Shown here: in pieces, positions 17,587-26,495 of the stretch
Numbering within the stretch: the stretch's first letter is position 1
Layout: each line of letters begins with the position of its first letter
Origin: an uncultured Desulfobacteraceae bacterium
Lineage (GTDB): Bacteria > Desulfobacterota > Desulfobacteria > Desulfobacterales > Desulfatirhabdiaceae
Length of the DNA: 64,000 nucleotides
Reading direction: 5' to 3'
NCBI GenBank assembly: GCA_903909505.1
Contig: CAIVVZ010000022.1
Span: 4,908 to 68,907 of the forward strand
The notes under the pieces: generated by a model
Seen by the model: the letters and a program-made list of their open reading frames with translations, nothing else
Told to the model about the DNA's origin: nothing
Database searches by the model: none
Translations under genes and position numbers: made by a program

Positions 17587-18201
17587 ATGAAGACAATCAG
17601 CGAAAAGTGCTCGGGTGTCATTCTTGCCGGCGGCATGAGCACGCGGTTTAACGGCCGAGACAAGGCTATGATTGAGATTAATGGAAAGCGGATTCTGGAT
17701 CGTATCCATGCGGTGTATTCAGAAATTTTCAGCGAAATCATTCTGGTCACCAATACCCCTCAGGCGTATCTGGACTGGAACATGCTGATGGTAACAGATC
17801 TGTTTCCGGTTCGCAGCTCTTTAACCGGAATTCACGCCGGGCTGTTTTACGCCTCCCGGCCCTTTGTCTTTGTTACTGCCTGCGATGCCCCGTTTCTGAA
17901 GCCGGAGCTGGTCCATTTACTGATTTCACAGGCCAGGCCCGGAGTGGATGCGGTGATGCCGGAAACCGCCAAAGGTCTCGAACCACTTTGCGCGGTCTAT
18001 TCCAAATCCTGCCTGAACACCATCGAAGCGCATATCCGGCAGGAAAAACTAAAGATTCAGTGGGTATTTCATAAATCCCGGATCAATAGAATTCCCGAAG
18101 CGAGGTTGCGGAAAACAGATCCCGATCTCATCTCGTTCATCAATATCAATACCCCCGAAGACCTGATGCGTGTATCGTCTTTGGAAAAGGAGCCGTTATG
18201 A
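17587..18201 (+). CDS. mobA: Molybdenum cofactor guanylyltransferase
   Basis: GVILAGGMSTRFNGRDKA nucleotide-binding motif; 204 aa. Confidence 0.85.
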   Translation: MKTISEKCSGVILAGGMSTRFNGRDKAMIEINGKRILDRIHAVYSEIFSEIILVTNTPQAYLDWNMLMVTDLFPVRSSLTGIHAGLFYASRPFVFVTACDAPFLKPELVHLLISQARPGVDAVMPETAKGLEPLCAVYSKSCLNTIEAHIRQEKLKIQWVFHKSRINRIPEARLRKTDPDLISFININTPEDLMRVSSLEKEPL

Positions 18202-18557
18202 ATCTGACCCGGTTGATTGAAAGCATCAAACAGCATCCGGATTATCCCAAGGTCGGGATGATCCTCTGCCATAATGGCGTGGTGCGCGCTACCTCACGGG
18301 ACGGCCGGCAGGTGTCCGGGCTTCGCATTGTTGTTGACCCGGAAAAACTGCGCCAGGTTGTGGAATCGCACAAAAGCCGCGCCGGCATTGTCGAAATCCT
18401 GGTCCATATCAATGGCGACATGGATCTTAAGGTGGGAGAGGATGTGATGTATATTGTGGTGGCAGGGGATATTCGGGAAAATGTCATCTCGACGCTTCAG
18501 GATACCCTGAACACCATCAAGTCGACGGTGACGCAGAAGACCCAGTATTTTGTGTAA
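18198..18557 (+). CDS. MoaE-like (molybdopterin synthase large-subunit fold) protein, short form
   Basis: GMILCHNGVVRATSRDG ... HINGDMDLKVGEDVMYIVVAGDIRE parallels MoaE G.VR...HR.G.l..Ge..v.v.v. It overlaps mobA by 4 nt. Confidence 0.55.
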   Translation: MNLTRLIESIKQHPDYPKVGMILCHNGVVRATSRDGRQVSGLRIVVDPEKLRQVVESHKSRAGIVEILVHINGDMDLKVGEDVMYIVVAGDIRENVISTLQDTLNTIKSTVTQKTQYFV

Positions 18558-18608
18558 CCCTTGCTGCCGAATATTGACGTGTTTAACCATTATGAAGGAG
18601 GGAATCGC

Positions 18609-19262
18609 ATGACACCCGCTTCACAGCAGGCACTGGAAGGTTTAAGGGATTTGACAACCCTGAAATGGTACGTCATTTCCTTGTTGGCCATTGTTTTTTA
18701 CATCTATACCGCCGAGATGAAAAAGGCCCGTCAGACGGGTAACTGGGACGCTGTTTTTGCCGGCCTGACCATTTTCGGCATGGATTTTATCAACGAAACC
18801 TGGAACGGCTGGGTGTTGTACCTGACGGAGCGATCCGCCTGCTGGACCACACCGGGGGAAACAGCCTTGCGGACCCTGGTGGGATGGAATATCGAAATCA
18901 TGTTCATGTTCGCCATATCCGGTATCATTTTTTACAACACCCTTTCGGAAGATCGCCATGAAACTATCCTCGGTATGCCGAATCAATGGTTTTGGGCCAT
19001 CGGATACACGGCTTTCTGCGTTTTTGTGGAATGCCTGCTGAACATGGGCGGTCTGCTGGTATGGGAATATCCGTGGTGGAATCTGTCACCGCTGGGTATC
19101 TGGCCGATTTTTTTCTTCGGCTATTTTCACTTTTACGTGGCGGTCATTCTGGTCATCAACCTGAAGCAAATCCGCAGCAAGATCATCGCCGTGGCAAGCC
19201 TTTACGCGATTGCCATCGTTGCCAATGCGGTCTGCCTGGGATTTCTGGGATGGATTTATTAG
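18609..19262 (+). CDS. Hypothetical integral membrane protein
   Basis: About 6 hydrophobic segments and Trp-rich loops. The start could instead be the track's 18561. No family recognised. Confidence 0.55.
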   Translation: MTPASQQALEGLRDLTTLKWYVISLLAIVFYIYTAEMKKARQTGNWDAVFAGLTIFGMDFINETWNGWVLYLTERSACWTTPGETALRTLVGWNIEIMFMFAISGIIFYNTLSEDRHETILGMPNQWFWAIGYTAFCVFVECLLNMGGLLVWEYPWWNLSPLGIWPIFFFGYFHFYVAVILVINLKQIRSKIIAVASLYAIAIVANAVCLGFLGWIY

Positions 19263-20015
19263 ATGACGACCGAATTTTCCGATGATCAATTTAACCAGGC
19301 CTATCCGGACGGCATAGAGAACCACTGGTGGATTCTGGCGCGAAACAGAATTATAGCAAATATCGTTAAAAAAATCGCCGGCGCCGGTGCCGTCGTACTG
19401 GACGTTGGGTGCGGCCGGGGCATTGTCGTCAAATATTTGCGGGACAAAGGGATAGAATGTACCGGCGTCGAACTTGCAAGGGCACATCCCGTGATTTCTG
19501 TCCGGAACCATGTCCGCGTGGGAATTGACGCCTGGGATCTCTCTCTGACGGAGAGGGTGCGCTACGACACGATACTGCTGCTCGATGTCATTGAACATAT
19601 TCCTGATCCCGCCGCTTTTCTGAAGCATCTGTCCGATGGTTTCCCCAATCTGTCGCATTTGATCATTACCGTTCCTGCCCGTCAAGAATTGTGGTCGAAT
19701 TACGATGAATGCTATGGGCATTGCAGGCGATACAGCCTTGAATCGCTGAAGTGTATTTCCATCGCACTTGGTGTAGACTGCATTTGCGCTGGCTACTTTT
19801 TCCATATAGCATATCCCGTCGGATGGGCAGCGGCTCATCTTGCGAAAAAAAGACAGACAAAGCTGCATGCCCCGCATGGAATAGGCAAGTGGCTCCACAA
19901 GTTGATTTCCCGTGTAATGATATTTGACTATTACATCCTGCCCGGACGTGTGCCAGGTATGAGCGCTCTGGCATGTTTTTCCCTGACTCCTCGCTGTTTT
20001 GAGTTGGTAGTCTGA
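19263..20015 (+). CDS. Class I SAM-dependent methyltransferase
   Basis: VLDVGCGRGIVVKYL (motif I) and ILLLDVIEHIPDP. The ATG directly abuts the previous stop. Confidence 0.8.
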   Translation: MTTEFSDDQFNQAYPDGIENHWWILARNRIIANIVKKIAGAGAVVLDVGCGRGIVVKYLRDKGIECTGVELARAHPVISVRNHVRVGIDAWDLSLTERVRYDTILLLDVIEHIPDPAAFLKHLSDGFPNLSHLIITVPARQELWSNYDECYGHCRRYSLESLKCISIALGVDCICAGYFFHIAYPVGWAAAHLAKKRQTKLHAPHGIGKWLHKLISRVMIFDYYILPGRVPGMSALACFSLTPRCFELVV

Positions 20016-20127
20016 AGAGAGGAATATCGAAGCACAGGCCATGGGGTTTTCGCAGGTTGCCAGCGGCCCGTTTGTTCGGAGCTCCTATCACGCCAAAGAA
20101 CTTTCGGCATTACCCCTTAGGCCATAA
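20011..20127 (+). pseudogene. lipA: Lipoyl synthase (lipA) 3'-terminal remnant
   Basis: Translates to [38 protein letters not shown]. Compare the E. coli LipA C-terminus ...[24 protein letters not shown]. An in-frame stop lies immediately upstream, so only about 38 codons remain. Confidence 0.6.
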
Positions 20128-20204
20128 TCAACTTGTTTGCCGGACTGTGATTATGATAAAGAACGCATCAGGAGTCCATCTGATCTATCGCAGAAGGAAC
20201 GTCT

Positions 20205-20288
20205 ATGAATGTCATCCCAATATCCTTAATAGAAGTGCTTATTGTTGATCCCGATCCCGCATCAACAGCCCAGGGGGTAACCAGATGA
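20205..20288 (+). pseudogene. Possible dTDP-4-dehydrorhamnose 3,5-epimerase (rfbC) 5' remnant, 27 codons
   Basis: MNVIPISLIEVLIVDPDPASTAQGVTR* resembles the RmlC N-terminus (..VI.T.IPDVLILEPKVF). Its stop overlaps the rfbD ATG (ATGA). Confidence 0.3.
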
Positions 20289-21169
20289 ATATTTTAATCA
20301 CCGGCGCCAAAGGACAGCTTGGGACAGAATTGATGCGCCAAGGGCCGGGGAAAGGATTTTCTGCCTTTCCCGTGGATCTGCCGGAGGTGGACATTACCAG
20401 CCCCGATCCTGTTCGAGCGGCTATCTGGGATGCCGGCGCATCCCTGGTGATAAACTGTGCGGCTTATACTCAGGTGGACATGGCCGAGTCGCAGGACATG
20501 CTGGCTTATAAAGTCAACAGCCTGGGACCTGCCATCCTCGCCCATGTCTGCTCTGAGGCAAAAATACCCCTGATTCACATTTCAACTGACTTTGTGTTTG
20601 ATGGCGGCAAGCGAACGCCATATCTGGAAACAGACCCGATTTCGCCAATGAGCGTTTATGGCAAAAGCAAGGCAGTGGGAGAAGCTGTGGTGGAAAGAAT
20701 TCTGAACCGGCACATTATTTTAAGAACGGCCTGGCTATACGCCCTGCAGGGCCAGAATTTTATCCGGACCATCCTGAAGCTGGGAGCCGAAAGGGATGCT
20801 GTGCGGGTGGTTTCGGACCAACTGGGCTGCCCGACCTGCGCTGCTGATCTGGCAGAAGCCCTATTGACCCTTTCAGAAGCTATCCGGACCCACGGGGAAA
20901 TCGCCTGGGGAACCTATCACTACTGCGGAAAAGGGGTGATTTCCTGGCATGAATTTGCTCAGGCGATTCTTGATATCGCCAAAGCGTACATTCCTTTGAA
21001 AACCACCCAGGTGTATCCCATCCCGACCGATCAATATCCAACGCCGGCAAGGCGACCTGCCTATTCTGCCCTGGACTGCGAAAAGATTCAGAACCAGTTC
21101 GGAATTTATCCCAAACCCTGGCGGGATAGTCTTGAAAAAACGCTTCACCAGATGCTGGCCACTCCTTGA
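20285..21169 (+). CDS. rfbD: dTDP-4-dehydrorhamnose reductase
   Basis: MNILITGAKGQLG Rossmann start, YGKSKAVGE (YxxxK), 294 aa. Confidence 0.9.
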   Translation: MNILITGAKGQLGTELMRQGPGKGFSAFPVDLPEVDITSPDPVRAAIWDAGASLVINCAAYTQVDMAESQDMLAYKVNSLGPAILAHVCSEAKIPLIHISTDFVFDGGKRTPYLETDPISPMSVYGKSKAVGEAVVERILNRHIILRTAWLYALQGQNFIRTILKLGAERDAVRVVSDQLGCPTCAADLAEALLTLSEAIRTHGEIAWGTYHYCGKGVISWHEFAQAILDIAKAYIPLKTTQVYPIPTDQYPTPARRPAYSALDCEKIQNQFGIYPKPWRDSLEKTLHQMLATP

Positions 21170-21345
21170 AAAGACATCATAAAATCGAGCTTCTTGCTCC
21201 TGCGGGGAGTTTTGAAAAGCTGAAAATCACCATTCATTACGGGGCCGAAGCGGTATATCTTACTGGCAAGGATTTCAGCTTAAGGAATTGTTCCGGCAAT
21301 TTTGCCCTTCCGGAACTTGACATGGCGATTCGGTTTGTCCATGAT
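21166..21345 (+). pseudogene. Peptidase U32 family gene, 5' stump of about 60 codons
   Basis: MKRHHKIELLAPAGSFEKLKITIHYGAEAVYLTGKDFSLRNCSGNFALPELDMAIRFVHD is a typical U32 N-terminus. The rest of the track ORF (to 21660) has no protein-like character. Confidence 0.7.
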
Positions 21346-21389
21346 TTCTGGGGAAGTTGTTGCAGGCAACATCTTCCCCAGAAATCATG
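21340..21389. repeat. Near-perfect 50-nt palindrome
   Basis: catgatttctggggaag / cttccccagaaatcatg are perfect 17-bp arms. The 16-nt centre ttgttgcaggcaacat pairs 6 further bp. Confidence 0.9.
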
Positions 21390-21677
21390 GACTGGATGCC
21401 ATATCCGGCTAAGGGGCTATCTGGATAGAAAATTTGTATTTTCTCAAACAAAAATATACGGGTTTTGGTATGGGGAGGCAAGACAAGACTCAGGAAACAC
21501 TAATGGTTTATGTGCTGATGGAAGTGATTGTGGTATAGGTGTTCTTTCGGCTGGAAAACCTCGAAAATGTAATGCTATATATGCGGGTGATGTTTGGGTT
21601 TGCCAAGGGAGACTGAATTGTTCAATCCAAATAGTATTTCAACAAAATTACCCACTATAGACAGCGAGAAATCGTTT

Positions 21678-23888
21678 ATGAAAAACACGACTGAGCATCC
21701 TCTGCGATGCCAGGCAGTAATTCCGCATGTCATCGTAATTCTATGGCTGATCTACCTTGGTACTATGATATGGCAACATGACGTTCAAAGCGTACAGACT
21801 CCTCATCACGATCCTTTGACGTATATGGAAAAAGCCATGAATTTCTGGAAGGCTGTGGATCAAGGAAAACTGTTTAACCCTTTGAATATTGAGCCAACGG
21901 CTCGACCCCCTGGAACCATTTTGATGTCTTACCCATTTGGTTTTTTATTCGATTATAAGGGATTCCTCTTTCGATCCGTTTTTCTTCCGATATTGTGCAT
22001 TGTCATTGCCGTTTATATGGCAGCAGGGATACCTCGGACATCTTCTGAGGGGTGGGGTATGGCGGCAGTAACCATCCTTTTTTCTGCTATTCCGATGTTT
22101 TATAATTTTGATTGTAATGAGATTAATCCCGGGTCAACGCACTGGGGTCTGGTTGACAATTTTCAGGCCGGTATCGCCGCACTGGCGGCTGCAGGATTTG
22201 TAAAAAGCCTGAAGGCGCGATCGCTGGTCTGGTTGATGTGGGGAGCATTTTGCGGTTCATTTACGCTATTGATCAAACCATCCGGCCTTATGATTATGGC
22301 CCTTCTAACTGCAACATGGTTAATTGTCGTTATTGTGGAATGGTTGTGGGCAAGGAAATATCAACAATCCAACTCAGATTTGCATCGTTATGTGGTCATC
22401 GGCGGAATCCAGACTTTCCTGATTTTCTCCGTTGTCGTTCTCCTCTGCTTTTTTTCGAATTATTTTTCGATAGAAAACTTCGCATATGCCAAACGCGCAA
22501 TGAAAGTAATGGGAGATGTGTTGAAAGTTCCACCTCTTCAAATTTTATCTTTGTTGTTTGGCAGTGCCGGGATTGCATTTGTTTTGTGGGTTCTTGGGAA
22601 AGTCGTGCTAAGTATCTATTATTGCTTCAGTCGCAATGACAGGTATAACCCTTTATCGGCAAAAAAGGTTGGGTTGCTGTTGAGCACGCCTGTCATCTGG
22701 AGCCTGGGCGTCTGGTATTGGCTGGTGGTTCAGACTGGTGGAAATCAGGTTAGATATTTCTATCCATTTTTTCTGATGGGCGCGGTTTGTATGATTCCGA
22801 TGTCCCTGCATATCTTGCAGTATAGCCATCGTTGGATTCGCCTGGCCGAATTTGTTCTGTGTTTTTTGCCAGCGCTCAATATTGGGGCACTGCTGGCGCT
22901 GGAGTCTCCGTCAATTCAATGGCAGTGGCTTACCGGGGTGAGTGTCTCTGTTGGAAAAGATCGGGAAGAAGTGAATCAGGCTTATGCATTTCTGGATGAA
23001 TTGAGAAGGCGGAATATGAGTGCGAATCTCTATTCGTTTTATTTAGGCGCTCTACCAGATATTTTTGTAACTGTTGGTATATATGAGGGAATGGTAAATC
23101 CCGATCTTCCTGTTTTTAAAACGGTTCTATCGGTAGATTGGGTGCGCGGTTTCATTATCAGGACGGATCAGCTTCTGGATGTAGATTTCATTCTTATTAG
23201 AAAAGATTTGGATTTGCTATCCGAAAAGCTTTTTGATCGACAAATTGATCCATATTTTTCAGAATGTATCGTTTTTCAGGCATGGCTTTGCGGATTGAAC
23301 GAGAGCGCTGGTGTAAAGACTGTATCAGATGGAAGGGTGTTGCAATTGCTGGAAATTATTGATAGAAAAATGTTTGCATATGCCGTCGAATCTTTTGTGG
23401 CAGCGCACTCTTGGCGTCCTGAGTTTATAGCGGCAAATTCACAGCGGCAATGGTCGAACGAGGCGGAAGTATCCGGCTATGCTGGGGATACTGCTGCGAA
23501 AGAACTCGATTTCGAGGGGATATATAGATTACATGTGCTGTCGCTTCGCCGTACAGACACAGGCCTGAAAGTGGAATTATGGTGGGAAGAATTGCGTCAT
23601 GAAGATGCGAACAGACAGCGGATTGTGTTTTTTCATCTTGTCGATCAGTCCGGTAAAATTCTCCACAATCTATCCTTGCCCTTGGATAAGTATGATCCAC
23701 CATTCGACAACCGAAGATGGCGTTATGGATCCGTAACTTTTGATCAACCCCTACCTAACGAAGCGACTTCGCTGGCTTTTGGGATATTCCGTCCAATAAA
23801 CGGCAATGAGTTTTTGAAGCCCGACAAAGGGGTGCGTGACTGGGGAGGAATAAGGGTTCTTGTCCCAATACCTGCCGGTGGTTCCTGA
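21678..23888 (+). CDS. Large polytopic membrane protein, probable GT-C fold glycosyltransferase (ArnT/PMT_2-like) with a C-terminal soluble domain
   Basis: About 450 aa of TM helices with the loop-1 acidic motif HHDPLTY, RPPG and KPSG. The C-terminal domain has the LKVELWWEE..IVFFHLVD..G pattern seen in GT39/83-like proteins. Start taken at MKNTTEH. Confidence 0.55.
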   Translation: MKNTTEHPLRCQAVIPHVIVILWLIYLGTMIWQHDVQSVQTPHHDPLTYMEKAMNFWKAVDQGKLFNPLNIEPTARPPGTILMSYPFGFLFDYKGFLFRSVFLPILCIVIAVYMAAGIPRTSSEGWGMAAVTILFSAIPMFYNFDCNEINPGSTHWGLVDNFQAGIAALAAAGFVKSLKARSLVWLMWGAFCGSFTLLIKPSGLMIMALLTATWLIVVIVEWLWARKYQQSNSDLHRYVVIGGIQTFLIFSVVVLLCFFSNYFSIENFAYAKRAMKVMGDVLKVPPLQILSLLFGSAGIAFVLWVLGKVVLSIYYCFSRNDRYNPLSAKKVGLLLSTPVIWSLGVWYWLVVQTGGNQVRYFYPFFLMGAVCMIPMSLHILQYSHRWIRLAEFVLCFLPALNIGALLALESPSIQWQWLTGVSVSVGKDREEVNQAYAFLDELRRRNMSANLYSFYLGALPDIFVTVGIYEGMVNPDLPVFKTVLSVDWVRGFIIRTDQLLDVDFILIRKDLDLLSEKLFDRQIDPYFSECIVFQAWLCGLNESAGVKTVSDGRVLQLLEIIDRKMFAYAVESFVAAHSWRPEFIAANSQRQWSNEAEVSGYAGDTAAKELDFEGIYRLHVLSLRRTDTGLKVELWWEELRHEDANRQRIVFFHLVDQSGKILHNLSLPLDKYDPPFDNRRWRYGSVTFDQPLPNEATSLAFGIFRPINGNEFLKPDKGVRDWGGIRVLVPIPAGGS

Positions 23889-23951
23889 TGCGTATCGGGC
23901 AACATGAAAGAAGTCCTGTTTTATTAATTTTTACTGATCGGGAAATACCAA

Positions 23952-25385
23952 ATGGCTTTACTTGAAAATGAACATGAAATGTATTGCAAGCGCCGCGCCG
24001 ATCACTGGAACGCGCTGGTCAATCGTCAGTCAGGCTTGTTTTCTTTACATTATCACAGGCGGTTGATAGAAATCTATCGTCATGTGATTGGCGAGTGTGA
24101 CAGCATTCTCGAACTGGGGTGCGGCCAGGGGAAACTTCTCGATGCGCTCAACCCGAAACGGGGTGTTGGGGTGGATATCTCAAAGCAGATGATCGATGAG
24201 GCGCGGATTCGTTATTCGAAATTTCATTTTATTTGTGCTGATTCTCAGACATGCGATCTGGGCGATTCGACGTTTGATGTCGTCATCATTTCTGATTTGT
24301 TGAATGATCTGTGGGATGTACAGGCAACCCTGGCACATATCAGACGGTACTGCAATGAACACACCCGTGTCATCTTCAATGTTCAAAGTCATCTGTGGGA
24401 ATATCCACGTAGATTGGCCGAATATTATCGAATTGTTACATCAAATATGCCTCAGAACTGGCTTACGCCGGTCGATGTCGATAACTTGGCCAGGCTTGCC
24501 GGATTCGATCTGATTCGACATTGGGAAGAGATTTTATGTCCGGCACCTATTCCATTTGTGGCAGCCCTGTGCAATCGTGTTCTGGTGAAGATGCCTATTT
24601 TTAGAGTCGCAGCTCTAACCAATTTCTACATTATGCGGGCGATCGATTTTACGCAGAAATTGACAGAACCCTCTGTTTCGGTTGTGATTGCAGCCAGGAA
24701 TGAAGCGGGGCACATAATCGAGCTCTTGAATAGAATTCCTAAAATGGGATCCAGGACTGAAATAATTTTTGTCGAGGGAAATTCATCGGATGACACCTTC
24801 AATACGATCAAAAATGCAATTTCTCATTTGTCCCCCGCCGATTATCGGTTAATCAGGCAGCCAGGAAAAGGGAAGGGGGATGCGGTACGTGCGGGATTCG
24901 AAATCGCAACAGGTGATATGCTTATGATTCTGGATGCTGACATGACTGTACCTCCGGAAGATCTGCCCCGATTTTATGCTGTACTGGCAAGCGGTCTGGG
25001 TGAATTTGCCAATGGCGTTCGCCTGGTTTACCCAATGCAGGGTGGATCGATGCGGTTTTTTAATTTGCTGGGAAATAAATTTTTCAGTTGGGTATTCAGT
25101 TGGTTGTTGGGGCAGCCGATTCGAGATACCCTTTGCGGAACCAAAGTTTTATGGGCTGGTGATTATCGCAGAATTGCGGCGGGTCGAAACTATTTTGGAG
25201 ATTTTGATCCGTTTGGAGATTTTGATTTGTTATTTGGAGCCTCCCGACAGAATCTTAAAATCATTGAGGTGCCTATCCGGTATCAGACCAGGCGATATGG
25301 AGAAACGAATATCCATCGCTGGAGTCATGGATGGCTACTTCTCAGGATGGTTGTATTTGCAGCACGGCGACTAAAATTCAAGTGA
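23952..25385 (+). CDS. Fusion of a class I SAM methyltransferase with a GT2 glycosyltransferase (DPM1/GtrB-like polyprenyl-phosphate sugar synthase type)
   Basis: N-terminal half: ILELGCGQGKLL. C-terminal half: VSVVIAARNEAGHI, FVEGNSSDDT, GKGKGDAV, LDADMTVPPEDL. Confidence 0.8.
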   Translation: MALLENEHEMYCKRRADHWNALVNRQSGLFSLHYHRRLIEIYRHVIGECDSILELGCGQGKLLDALNPKRGVGVDISKQMIDEARIRYSKFHFICADSQTCDLGDSTFDVVIISDLLNDLWDVQATLAHIRRYCNEHTRVIFNVQSHLWEYPRRLAEYYRIVTSNMPQNWLTPVDVDNLARLAGFDLIRHWEEILCPAPIPFVAALCNRVLVKMPIFRVAALTNFYIMRAIDFTQKLTEPSVSVVIAARNEAGHIIELLNRIPKMGSRTEIIFVEGNSSDDTFNTIKNAISHLSPADYRLIRQPGKGKGDAVRAGFEIATGDMLMILDADMTVPPEDLPRFYAVLASGLGEFANGVRLVYPMQGGSMRFFNLLGNKFFSWVFSWLLGQPIRDTLCGTKVLWAGDYRRIAAGRNYFGDFDPFGDFDLLFGASRQNLKIIEVPIRYQTRRYGETNIHRWSHGWLLLRMVVFAARRLKFK

Positions 25386-26164
25386 GGCGTCTTGTGTTTA
25401 ATCGACTGAAAGCAGCTTTGGCCCATCCTCTGACCAGAGATCTATCCATAGACGATCCTGAAACCACTGATTTGCGGGCTGAAATTATTCGTGAAAAGGC
25501 TTTTTTAAGACGTATTTATCAGACTTGGTATCGTTTGTTGATTGAGAATATCCCTGCAGGAGAGGGTCAGGTTGCAGAAATTGGGTCTGGCGCGGGATTT
25601 TTGAAAGAATTATATTCGACGGCAATCACATCTGAGGTTTTTTATTCGGTTAACATTGATATCGTCTATAATGCCATATCGATGCCATTTAAAGCGGAAT
25701 CATTACGAGCTCTTTTACTTGTTGATGTGTTACATCATATTCCTGATCCGGGCGCATTTTTCTCTGAAGCCATGCGTTGTGTCAAAAGTGGGGGACGATG
25801 CCTTATGGTGGAGCCGTGGAATACTGGCTGGAGTCGATTGATTTACAACCATTTGCATCATGAATCTTTTGATGTGAATGGAGAATGGATAATCCCCATC
25901 ACAGGACCACTTTCTGGAGCCAATGGGGCCTTGCCATGGATATTATTTGAACGTGACCAGAAAATCTTTTCCAGGCGATTCCCAGAGTGGAGAATTTCAG
26001 GCATTACTCCCATGATGCCTCTGGTATATCTATTATCAGGAGGTGTCTCCCTTCGCTCTATTTTCCCAGACTGGACATATCCTTTATTTCGTAGAGGAGA
26101 AACATCATTTGGTTTTGAAAAAAAAGCAGCAATGTTTGCGCTAATCATTCTTGATCGCATTTAA
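25382..26164 (+). CDS. SAM-dependent methyltransferase (type 11-like)
   Basis: AEIGSGAGFLKE and LLLVDVLHHIPDP. A GTG at 25382 overlaps the previous stop (GTGA). The track ORF starts at 25331 inside the upstream gene. Confidence 0.7.
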   Translation: MRRLVFNRLKAALAHPLTRDLSIDDPETTDLRAEIIREKAFLRRIYQTWYRLLIENIPAGEGQVAEIGSGAGFLKELYSTAITSEVFYSVNIDIVYNAISMPFKAESLRALLLVDVLHHIPDPGAFFSEAMRCVKSGGRCLMVEPWNTGWSRLIYNHLHHESFDVNGEWIIPITGPLSGANGALPWILFERDQKIFSRRFPEWRISGITPMMPLVYLLSGGVSLRSIFPDWTYPLFRRGETSFGFEKKAAMFALIILDRI

Positions 26165-26495
26165 GTTTGATGGACACTAAGGTGATAAGAGGGGATCGAA
26201 GAATGTTATATTCAAATGCCGGTTATAATTGTCGCGAAAATCGGTGTTCAAGTAATCCAGTATGTGCAATGTCTAATAACGAGTTGTTTTAATGAAATAT
26301 CCTGTTAAGGTTGCAGAATTTTGGGGTGGAAAAACAAAAAAATAAGCCAGATGCGGTCGAGTGCCATTGGACCGACTCCGAACTGATCATGAAGTATTAT
26401 ATTCATCCGGCAAAGAATGCTCTTCTGGACTCTGGGATACTTATTTCTCAGGCAATGGAACTTGTTGTTAAAGACCAGCTATAAAGGAGTTGTAG

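Noticed and set aside
19086-20042. Long antisense ORFs: this 318-aa one, plus 42302-42922, 62120-62935, 53782-54447, 60390-60983 and 191-775
   Set aside because: Each lies fully opposite a gene with clear family motifs. They have low-complexity, Arg/Pro/Gly-rich or stop-avoiding composition typical of shadow frames in GC-richer DNA, and none has recognisable motifs.
21346-21660. Remainder of track ORF 21166-21660 treated as part of an intact 164-aa protein
   Set aside because: After about 60 U32-like residues, the translation (FWGSCCRQHLPQKSWTGCHIRLRGYLDRKF...) is not protein-like and runs through the 50-nt palindrome. It is treated as a truncated pseudogene plus non-coding DNA.
26203-26292. 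29-codon Cys-containing ORF (MLYSNAGYNCRENRCSSNPVCAMSNNELF) considered as a RiPP-like precursor
   Set aside because: The RBS is weak to moderate, no maturase or transport genes are adjacent, and it sits in AT-rich intergenic DNA where short ORFs arise easily. There is no supporting evidence.
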